A stretch of 64,000 bases of DNA, taken from positions 13,692,761 to 13,756,760 of the forward strand of contig OZ316892.1 in NCBI GenBank assembly GCA_973895155.1, in the 5' to 3' direction. Of this stretch, positions 1 to 10,770 are shown in pieces (within the stretch, counting starts at the first letter, position 1; every line of letters starts with the position of its first letter). Both the position numbers and the translations under genes were made by a program. The notes under the pieces were generated by a model. The model was not told where the DNA came from and made no database searches. It worked only from the letters and a program-made list of their open reading frames with translations. Origin of the DNA: Marsupella aquatica. Lineage: Eukaryota; Plantae; Marchantiophyta.

Positions 1-62
1 ACGAAGTCTGAATTCTATCTACGGTCCATGGGAGCATCATTTTCGTGAAAAAACTCGGTCTA

Positions 63-158
63 AAAATGTGGAATATTATTCAGTGAGAAATAAACCAACC
101 GACTGCGGCCAAAATGTGGAATATTATTCAGTGAGCAATAAAGCAACCGAGTGAGGCG
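63..158. repeat. 48-bp tandem duplication upstream of the complex I 75 kDa gene
   Basis: AAAATGTGGAATATTATTCAGTGAG..AATAAA.CAACCGA.TG.GGC occurs at 63-110 and again at 111-158. Confidence 0.85.
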
Positions 159-508
159 GAAGGGAAAGCACGGGACGCCTGTCCGTTGCTTCGTGTTTCG
201 CCCGAAGAGAATCAGCCTCGAGGGAGAGGCGGGACCGCTGATTTTCGCAAGACGGATTGTAATTTTGGGAGCCGATGTTCTGTAGAGCTGCCCAAAGCAA
301 CATTGCGGAGTAGGTTACTGAGAACCCAGGGGATCGCTTCGCATCAAGCACCGATGAGCACTCGAAAAAATCGGAGGAAAAGTGTTCGGCTTGAGTAGAC
401 GAGTAACAGTAGGTAGACACAGACGCACGAGACGAAGAAGGGGTGAGGGATTGGAACATATAGGTATCACAGAGGCCGACAGAAGTGTTGGGTGCACGGA
501 GGGCGAAG

Positions 509-3500
509 ATGTCTTCGCTTCTTCACCGGCGATACCCTCTCCGAGTGATTTTGAGGCGATCGCTCGGTGTAGGTCCTCGATCTGCGAGAGGATTGGCTTC
601 AGATTTCGATGTAATCTCGAGAGGAGCAGAAAATGGCAGCGGAGGACAATTGGGGCGTAGGCTTTCGGCAATTGCGTGGCGCTCAGGAGTACTTGGGAGG
701 CATTCCAATGGCTTCTCGGCAAAGGAGACGCAGGTGGAGAGCTGGATTACGGGGAGCCGATCGCAGCTGGGCGGAGTTCGCCTTGCGGCGAGTGTGGCTG
801 TGCAGCAGGCTCCGGGGCCAAGAGTTCCGAAACCGGAGGATATGATCGAAGTGAGCGTGGACGGGAGTCCTGTGAGTGTTACGAAAGGGATGACCGTGCT
901 GCAAGCTTGCGAGGTTGCGGGAATTGACATTCCCAGGTTTTGCTATCATCCGCGTCTGTCGATTGCAGGCAATTGCCGCATGTGCCTCGTTGAAGTTGAG
1001 AAGACGCCTAAACCCGTGGCCTCCTGTGCTATGCCCGCGCTTCCAGGTACTGTCCCTCTTCTGGACTCTTGCTCTGCTCGGGGTTTGTTAAACTTTTGCC
1101 GTACCTGATTAATGAAGATGAGCAATTCTAACGACACGATTGCGTGATGTACCGATAGGAATGAAAATCAAAACTCTGACTCCGCTCGTAAAGAAGGCAA
1201 GAGAAGGGGTCATGGAGTTTCTACTCATGAATCATCCGCTGGACTGCCCGATCTGCGATCAGGGTGGAGAGTGCGATTTGCAAGATCAGTCCATGGTTTA
1301 CGGATCGGATCGGGGGCGCTTTATTGAATCCAAACGGACAGTGGTGGACAAAAATCTGGGCCCCTTCGTGAAAACAGTCATGACTCGATGTATTCAATGC
1401 ACAAGGTTTTCCCATTCCTCCCAACTTGTCGTCTCGCCCCAAATGTTCCCCAAATTCTTCTACTAGACTAAGCATTTCCTTAACAGGGCTAGTTTTAAGA
1501 TTGTTTTCTGGCATTTGGTCTCCACGTAGCAATGGAAAGATCAGCTCGAGTGAGCTGGCATTTCAGAGGATGCTCATTCTGTGGCAAGTATAGTCGAGGT
1601 TAGGGTCTCGTATTGAGCTTCGTATACGTGTACATTTATATACCTGGATGTCGGATTTCATTTTCCCAACTCTGTCTAAAGCCTGCTACGGTATGGCATC
1701 TTCTCTGCAGAATTGTATAGTTTGTGCTGGTCATCCGTCTCAAATTTGCAGCAAGTTTTGATGACACGGGATAAATGTATCTTCGACACGATTTTCTGAG
1801 TTTTTGTGTATTTCTGTGGCCAGAATAGTAGCGGTTTTCTCAGTGATTTTTTTCTTCCAGTAGAAACCGTCACCGGGCCTGGACATTGTCTGACTAGTTG
1901 TGCTGATCCTCTTACGGAGCAGGTGTGTGAGGTTTGCCACAGAGATTGCCGGAGTGCAGGACTTGGGTGTCTTGGGTCGCGGGGGTGCTGAGGAGATTGG
2001 AACATATGTTGAGCGCCTAATGACCAGCGAGCTCTCAGGCAATGTTATTGATATCTGTCCAGTTGGGGCCTTGACTTCAAAACCGTTTGCTTTCACAGCG
2101 AGAAGCTGGGAATTGAAGAGCACTGAAAGTATCGATGTCACGGATTCTACTGGAGCCAATATTCGAATCGACAGTCGTGGCCCGGAAGTGTTGCGTGTCC
2201 TTCCTCGCCTGAATGAGGTCTCCCTCTTTTCTCCAGTCAACTCAACCTTCTTTTTCGAATAGGAGACACTGCTCCCGGGCTCTGGTTCGTGGAGTAGCAA
2301 GAATATCAAAATATCCTTCCTCAGAAACATTCAACCAGAAGATCTGTTTCTCTGTTGTTCATGATAGAATCTATTTTGAGAAGTGCAGGCTATTCATTCG
2401 TAACACTGTTTACTTTGATGGTGATTTTCGTACTATAATCAACTTTGTGAATGAGTCTCGACTCTGAATTCTGACTAGCCAGAGTTGTTCTTTGTGTATT
2501 AGGAAGTTAACGAAGAGTGGATATCAGATAAAGCTCGATTTTGTTATGATGGCCTTAAACGACAGAGGCTCAATGAGCCAATGATCCGTAGTGCAACTGG
2601 ACAACTGCAGCCAGTTACGTGGGCTCAAGCTCTCAAAGCTGTTGCAGAGGCTGCCATCAAAACAAAGCCAAGTGAGATGATGGGTATAGCGGGAAAGCTC
2701 TCGGACGCTGAATCAATGATCGCATTAAAGGATTATCTGAACAGGCTGGGCTGTGAAAGACTTCAAGTCGAGGGAAATGGTGAAAATCCTGTTGCTGATC
2801 TTCGCTCACATTATCTTGTCAACTCCACTATAGCAGGCCTGGAGCAAACAGATGTAGCTCTGGTGATTGGCACAGAGGTGAGAAGAAAACCTGATTGATG
2901 GCATTTCCCTGTATGGCGCCCTAAATGGCTTGTGTGAATAAGTGTATGATTATCTCGTGAACGCCCATTGTTTGTTGTTGTGGTATTCCGTCCGTTCAGG
3001 GCCTGGGGTCTATGGCCGTTATATTTCTCCAAACCTGTGCACGGACGTGAAAATCTGCATATCTCCTTCTAATGCATAACTAACTTAACTTCCCAGCAAT
3101 TGTCAGCAAGTGGTGTATGATTAGCTGTCGAGAATGGATTTCCAAGTTCACTGACCAATATCTGAGCTCGCTATTGCATTTTAAATAAAGTAGATTCTTC
3201 TCTCCAAGGTTGAGAGGTCGAGCGGTGATGACTCTTTGTATTGTCCTTATGGTGTCCGATTAGGGCTAATTGACTTGTGTTGACTTTCGTTTTTTTGCAG
3301 CTCCGGATTGAGGCTCCGCTACTGAATCTGAGATTGAGAAAATCTGTTAGGACTGCCGACACAAAAGTGGGTGTTATCGGCCCTGTCCAGGACTTGCATT
3401 ATGAATTCGAGCACTTGGGAACCACCACTGAAGCTCTGTTGGCAGTAGCACAGGGTCAACATCCATTCTGCAAAAAATTGTTTAAAGCAAAATATCCCAG

Positions 3501-4209
3501 TATTGTCGTGGGTTCTGGCGTGCTGCAGCGCAAAGATAAAGAAGCAGTTCTTGCTGCTGTCCAGAAAATTGTCGAGGCGGCAGGGGTTATCAGGGACGAT
3601 TGGAATGGCTACAACTTCTTGCTTGTGAATGCTGCGCAGGCTGCTGGACTTGATCTGGGATTTGTATCTGGCGCTAGAGCTCAAGCTGGGGACAAGAGTA
3701 ATATTAAGTTCTTATACCTTCTAGGGGCAGATGATCTGACACCAGAAGATATCCCTGAAGATGCATTTGTGGTCTTTCAAGGTCATCATGGTGACCGAAG
3801 TGCGTACAGAGCTAATGTTATTCTTCCAGGTGTTGCTTTTACAGAAAAAGAAGGAACATATGCGAATGTGGAGGGACGTACACAAACAACCCGACCTGCT
3901 GTTCCCACTGTCGGTGATGCTCGAGATGATTGGAAAATTGTGCGTGCTCTGTCAGAGGTCACCGGAGTTACGCTGCCGTATGATACAACGAATGCGGTCC
4001 GTGCTCGCTTACTTGCAGTCGCACCTAATCTATTCAGATTGGATGGATTGGAGCCTGCCATTCCATTGCCTCGGAGTAGTTTACCGGACCCAAAAGCCAA
4101 GTTGGCTTTGTCACCTTTCCAGAAAGCCATAGACAATTTTTATATGACTGATTCTATCACCAGAGCATCAAAGAATATGGCTCAGGCCACAGCAGCATAT
4201 TCAAGCTAA
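509..4209 (+). CDS. NDUFS1: NADH:ubiquinone oxidoreductase 75 kDa Fe-S subunit (complex I; NuoG/Nad11 homologue), mitochondrial precursor, about 787 aa
   Basis: Exons 509-1046, 1159-1405, 1923-2217, 2503-2877 and 3301-4209, all GT-AG, total 2364 nt and in frame. Fe-S motifs [53 protein letters not shown] and [12 protein letters not shown]; C-terminal [11 protein letters not shown]; Arg/Ser-rich N-terminal presequence. Confidence 0.97.
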
Positions 4210-5859
4210 GTTGTGCCCTTTTGTGGGAATTAAACTCTCCCTTGTATCAAATTTTGGATTGGACTTTATCAGCATCCAGTCTTTCGAAATCTTAGTTATT
4301 CTTTATACTGATCAGTTAGGGGCCTCTTCCGGGATAACCTCACAAGCAAGACCGCCGTATACATGTCACACAGGGATCGTTGGTCGCTGTGGTTTGTGAT
4401 ACCTTTCAAGCACAAATCTGCTTTAAATAAGATCAAAGCTGGTCAAATCTATATTATCGATTGTACAACAGTTTTGGCCCTCTTTGTAGCACAAAGGCTT
4501 GGTATTTCAGTATTATGTCTATCCTAAAATGAAATGCAGTTCTTTTGGGAATCCGTTTGGACTTTAAAAATGATTGAGGGTCAACAGGAAGAGCTGTTAC
4601 TGTCGCTTGGATTTCAAAGTTGTGTAGGTAATGAATCATCGACATCCAGGAGTGCTAATCTGGATCATAATTCTTTGTGCAAGGAGCACTCCTGGAACCC
4701 GATACGTACTTCCCTTAATTTCGTCCCCCGTTTTCTGTTCGTTGCCCGAGAGGTTCTCGTGTATATCACTAGAGGACTGAGTAACGGTATAACACCTACC
4801 GCTTCATTTACTCTTGTGCTCGTTGCCTGAGCGGTTTTCGTGTTCATCACTACGGGAGTCGAATAAGGTTACTATCTACAGCGTCCCTTTGTTTCGAGGT
4901 ACTTGCCCAGTTTTGAAAATGTTTCTGATATCAATGCCAATTGCATTTAGAATTGGCAAACAGTAGTGCGTTATTCGCAGGAAGGTCATCATCAGGTGGC
5001 TCTTAGTGTTGGCAACAGTATTTCGTTGCTTACAGGAAGGTTATCATCAGGTCGCCGGAAGCAAATCTTGGAGGTACGTGGGAATTTAGACTTGGAAATC
5101 CCTCGGTTTTATCTTCGGTTTGAGGAATAGTTCTCGAGCAGAAATTGAAGGGAACACATGGGACCAATTGTCAATGGACATGGAAAATCAAGAGGGCAAA
5201 CATCTTTTGTACTTGAATTTCCTTTGTTAACTGACGGAGATCTAGCCACAATAGAATGCATCGAGTGCAATGGAAAGACTTTGCAAGTTTGCAACTCAAC
5301 TTTGAGAAGGTATCAACAAGGCTAATTCGAAATACATACGTCCAGCAGAATATCAAAATAATATGATGTGGCATCTTCCAGAGTACTTCTTCGAGGAAGG
5401 ATACATGAGTAAGAAACCTTTTATTCTCATTAGGTAGTGGCGACCTCCTCAACTTCAAAAGGGACTTCCTTAATTAGATGGTAGGGAAGTGGGGTCTGTT
5501 CACGGTAGGAGAAACATCACTTCAAACAGCAAGATGATATCAAAACACATGTTGCTCTTATAAGACACCACCTTAAGATTAAGATTGGACCATTGTCCTA
5601 CTTTAGGTTAGCAAAGTGAGTCAAGGTGTTGATGTTCTGGTGACTTGAAGGAGTTGGTGCCCACAGCAAGCTATCAATTGATTCATGGACCCTATCCTAC
5701 TCTCTCCTTTTATTTGTTTTTAAAATTTAATTAGAGATGTGTTTATGTGAACTATGCTCATGTGAATAGAGCATGTGGGCCCAAGGAGGAACCTAGAAGA
5801 CCAAGCCTCAGTGAATTTGTTTTTGCTTAGAATTTTTTAAACCATTTTTGAAAAATATT

Positions 5860-6980
5860 TTCAATGAACCTAGTGTTAAATTTTATCAAATATTGAAGAG
5901 CTCATAAAATTTTGAATGATTCTACCATTTTCTTGAGAGTCACTATGTTGGGCTGAAAATCAATTTTAAGTTTCTCGTTGATCTTCTCAATAAAACCTTT
6001 TATGCACAAAACTCCTGGAAAAAAATTTGGAATAGCTCTTCAATGATCTTGACATTGTTAAAGTTCATCCAGTACTAAAGAGCTCATGTGATTTCATCAA
6101 TTATCAAAGAGTTCAAGGATTTCTTATTGCTATGTTCTTTCTTGAAAGTCTGTCTTCAGTAGAAAACTATTCTAAAGTTTTCATTATCTCTTAATGAAAT
6201 CTTGTGTGCTTAAACATTTCAGCTTTTGAGTACATTGTCACTAAATATATTTGAATTTACAATATTATCATTCTTTTTATTGCATTTATATATATCTCAC
6301 AATATTCGTATATAGTTCACTTCAACCATTTATAAAACCCTGACATATTTATAGATTAAAAAAAAGCACAGTGATAATACTGTCATTAAAAGCATCTTTA
6401 GAGACACAAGTACATAAAAGTTGTTGAAGATTATATATGTTTTGGATATACATTTCTAGTGAACCTAACATTGCCAGAGTTTGTCAAGCACTAAGAAGAT
6501 AGTGAATTTATAAATTTATAAGCCTACATATTTTGTCAAGTGCAAAGAAGATTCTTAGTTTCTTAAATGCTTTAGCTTTCCCATGAACTTGACATTTGCA
6601 AAATGAGAACATGAATTTTGGATTTTTTTCTAGCTTTCCAATGAGCCTACCATTGACAGATTTTGCCAGGTATTATAGAGATCATGAGTTTATTAATTTC
6701 TCTAGCTTTCTAATGAATGTGACATTGAGCTATTGTGGCAAGTACTTAAGAGATAGAGTTTACGAGTTTCTACAATTTCCAACGAGCCTCACATTGACAG
6801 ATTTCATGTCAAATGTTCTCAAATACTAAGGATATCATGAGTTTATGTATGTATTTCTATAATTTTCCAATGAATGTGACATTGGGAGATTCAGTCAAGT
6901 GGCAAAGAGATCCCAAGTTTATGTACTTGTCTTGTTTTTTCATGAACCTAACATTGGAAGATTTTGTCAAGTACTAATTG
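5860..6980. repeat. Degenerate AT-rich minisatellite, about 70-72 bp unit
   Basis: Recurring unit TTTCCAATGA(ACCTA/ATGTG)ACATTG..AGATTTTGTCAAGTACTAAGAGATCATGAGTTT. Unit starts at 6641, 6713, 6782, 6870 and 6942, with more diverged copies back to about 5860. Confidence 0.75.
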
Positions 6981-8253
6981 GTTTTACAGTAAGCAACGCA
7001 AGGGTTCTAACTATGTACATTTCTATCTGATGGTTTTTTTTAGAAACTTGCAAATAATTAAAAATATAAGCATTTTGATGAAATACATTGATATATTATT
7101 AACAAGACATCCAATTTGTTGCTTGGTTTTACCTTGCATTTTGCTTATTGAGTTACCCAACTGGTGAGGTGAGATTGTGTTGATGACATGGATTGGTCTG
7201 GACCGTCTTTATGTCCCAGCCAATCCCCTTACTACAAAAGAAAATATTGGGTTAATGCGTGTGTCTCTGCAAAAATTTGTGAACTTTGTTGTTGCATTGC
7301 TCTCAACTGTGCCATAGCATAGCAATAAAACATGGCAGAAAAAAAGTGAAACCCTCCAGCCAGGCAGGTTTTAGCGCCCAAATGTGAATTCTCAGTGGGA
7401 CAGAGATATGAATAGATGGACATGGAAAGCAACCTGGAAAATGGGGCCCCAACAGTAGCAACGCAGTGTCTTCACCTAGAAAGTGGGGGGGGGGGGGAGG
7501 GGTGTGAAGAACTGGGGTGTGCATGTAGACATCCCTGGTTTGTTTCATTTCGTGATGTGTTTTTCAATTGTTTACATTTGATTTTTTATGTTCTTAGTCT
7601 CAAAAGCTTTTCATGGGTATTGCATTGTTTACAATGCATTTTCCTGTCTCTAGGTGACATCAAATTTGAAGAAACAAACCTTCATGTGCATGCTTCCATG
7701 CTGGGTGGTTTTCCTTTCAAGCAGCAATAAGAAGCTGCTATTATTGCAACAAAACTAACCATTCATATTAACACCAGATATCATATGACTCCGAAGCAAT
7801 CTTGAAATTGGTCTATCATGAGTGCTGGGGTTTATCCGAGTTGTGTTTGAGATGTTGTGGTCCATTGGGACTTCTTTCACAAAAAACAATGCCCGTATCT
7901 TGATTATTAAACTTAAGTCAATAATACAATACATAATTTGTTGAGCTCTAAGCTCAGATTTGATCCCAAAACTAAATCTGTGTAATCCTGGTTGAAATAT
8001 GTGTTTTATAGACCTTTGGATGGAAGACTTGAAATGGAATCCCATCTGAGTTTACAGCTCGTGTATTTTATGCATTTTGTGTAGTAGAACACCTTCCAGG
8101 CAATCATGGCATTCTCCAAACCCAAGGACTTATTTGGAAGATCTCCCAAAGAGGAGGGTATTTGTGCCTGACATGAGATTTTCCAAAATACATAAGGATG
8201 AGATAAATTGAAATTTCCCTCCTACTTTGTGAACTCCTCATACATTAGTCTAA

Positions 8254-8627
8254 CTAGCCTGGACTACCCGTTCTTTGAACATGAATAGCAGGGAGGAGAA
8301 TAAAATGTCACCAAAAATAGCCCTTATTCACATTCTTTGAAGATTAATGAAATAAAAAAACAAATATCATTCATGTCATCATTTTAATAATCATCCATAA
8401 CAAACCATACTCTTTTCTATGCACATCTCTCTTTCTATGCACATGTGTTATGGTGGGACCATAGAGTACATTTTATAATGTAAATAGAAAACATGACAAA
8501 AAGCATGCATGATTATCATTTGACATACATCATACTTTTTCCCATCCACATGATGAGCCATGGAGTTACTGTCTAGAGATTTCACTCTCCCCAACTCTAG
8601 CTTGTAGTTGACGTTTTATAAGTAAGT
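8254..8627 (-). mobile_element. Non-autonomous Helitron-like element, family A, copy 1
   Basis: The reverse complement aligns by eye along its whole length with 48439-48848. The minus-strand 3' end is CATGTTCAAAGAACGGGTAGTCCAGGCTAG|T (hairpin, then CTAG, then T); the 5' end is A|ACTTACTTATAA, with TC decayed to AC. Confidence 0.75.
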
Positions 8628-10770
8628 TAGGGCTTTCTGCACCCTTTTATAATTCTACTTATAGAAACCACCTGACCTGCCAAGAATGGTGAATTTATAT
8701 TAGTAAGTATCAAATTGAGTTTGTGAGGGTGTAGTCTTTTTTTTCTTGGTCACTTGGATTTACCCTCAACTCCTTAAAACAAATTTCCTTAGTTTATAAT
8801 CACCCCTTTAAATTTTATAATCTCATTTGTTTGTCTCACAAGGAAACCCCTTTTAGACTGTTACCACATGAACAAACTGGAACACGTTACTGATATTTCA
8901 AGGATTGAACCAAAGACCTTTTCCTCCCAAGCGAGACGTGCTTCATAATGCAAGAACAAGTATAAAATTTATTGCCAACAAGGAAGGCCCCTCTCTTAAA
9001 GCTAGGTCAATGTGGTCAAACCCACCATTCTCTCTGAACTACTACTGTAGGAGTGCACACATCCAGGACTTGGCTATTCAGAAGAAACAACATTCATTCA
9101 CACAAAAAAGAATTATTCTGGTATTTAAAAACTGATCCAATGCCTGGGCACGTGCCATGTGGCACTATGTCTTGCTCATTCACCAGAAAAGCAACTACAG
9201 TAATGTGGGTCCCCTTCTTACCCAACAGCACACATCATGTACCCCCTTAATCATGGCCGCCTTTTTAACAAAATATTTCTCCTAATACATTTCATTTAAG
9301 ATACAATAGAATAACTCTGTTCTGATTTCTATCTGATTGCTACAGGACAAAAAGTGAAATATATAGCGTGTTCCAGGACGAGCAAATGAGCATTGCTACA
9401 CATACTCTATGCTAGATTAAAGTGCTTTTCAAACAACAAAAACCCAATTTAGCGCTCAAAAGATTCGCTTACTATTATCATGGTTTCTGTTGTTTTGCTC
9501 GAGGTTTTCACACTTCACCAGCGTCGAGAATCTCCGGCCAACGAGGATGATTGTGTGGAATGGATCTGGTGAGAGTGAAGACCACGACAGTTGAATGCAA
9601 TCCCAATGCGTCGTTTCCACTGTCATTACCATAGATTCACGTCACCGGACAAAGAAGCTCATCGACTTGATCGCTCTCCATCCTCTCCTCTCCCCTCCCC
9701 TCCCCTCCCCTCCCTCACGGACACGGCCATCTTGCTGTGCTCAAAAATCTCCAAAAAGAAATTTGGCTCAACCACGATGCGCATGGCCACTGGCTGCCGG
9801 CTTCACTTTGTCGTCCTTCCTCGTGACCTCGTCAGTATACTCCGTCTCTCTTTCTCGTTTGGCTACTTTCGGTCGCTGATGAGCGCGTCGTCGGGCAATC
9901 TACAGAAGTCTACAGGAGGAGTGTACAGTAATGTAGGACTTCGTAGATCGATGTCGGGACCTTGTCGAGTACAGCAGCAACGCGTTCGTTTTTGAGCTTT
10001 GATCGACTTGTAGTGTACAACTGTGACGGAAGCCGTTTCAAAAACGAACGGAATTGGTGACAGGAGCCGCACGGGGGGCTTCCAATCATCGTCCTTTGTC
10101 GCACTTATTGGCAATCCATGGCCGGGCCAAAGGAAAGTACGTACTACGATGTCGTGCTACGGTGGTGTAGTGCTGTATCCACGGGAGAGAATGATGTTGC
10201 TTGACCTTGGAACGTGTTTGCTCTTTCGTTCGTTGGTTGATTTGTTCATGTGTTCGTTGGTTGATTTGTTCATCTTAGCTACTGTGGCGTCTGCGCAGTA
10301 GGACCGTAGGAGGCCTTGGATTTCTTTCACGCTAACGTCACGTGCGACGTTGTTTTGTTCTGATAGGCCTGGCTTTTGCTACTGTCAGGTAGTTATCTGC
10401 GGGAAAGCCTCGATTGCTGAGCCGTTAATCGTGCAGGCCTCGGGATTTCTACACGGAACCCTTCTGTCTTGTGGTACGACTGCGAAATTTCCTATCGTTT
10501 GGTAAACGTTGGTTCGGCTCTCGGGTTTTTCGACACTGAATAATCTGCGAGATTGGCCTGGTAGGCCTCGAATGATTGCCATGCAAGTCGTTGTTAAGTG
10601 CAACATCTAGCTGGTTCATATCAGATATGTGGTGGATTTTCTCCTGGCCCTCGTCACTCGATGGCACTGTGACAGGAATATCTCCATCGATTGTGAGATA
10701 TTTCTAGCTTGAGTTTGACAATGACCGTAGAACCGGCGATTGGAATTGAGTTTCCTGGTGGGACGATATC

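Noticed and set aside
1476-2318. U12-type signals in NDUFS1 introns (TTCCTTAAC at 1476, ATATCCTT at 2311)
   Set aside because: The branch-like motif lies upstream of the donor-like motif and in a different intron. Ordinary GT-AG introns already give a complete reading frame.
5100-5700. Possible retroelement remnant (and a similar stretch at 7750-8200)
   Set aside because: Translations gave no convincing RT, integrase, gag or transposase motif.
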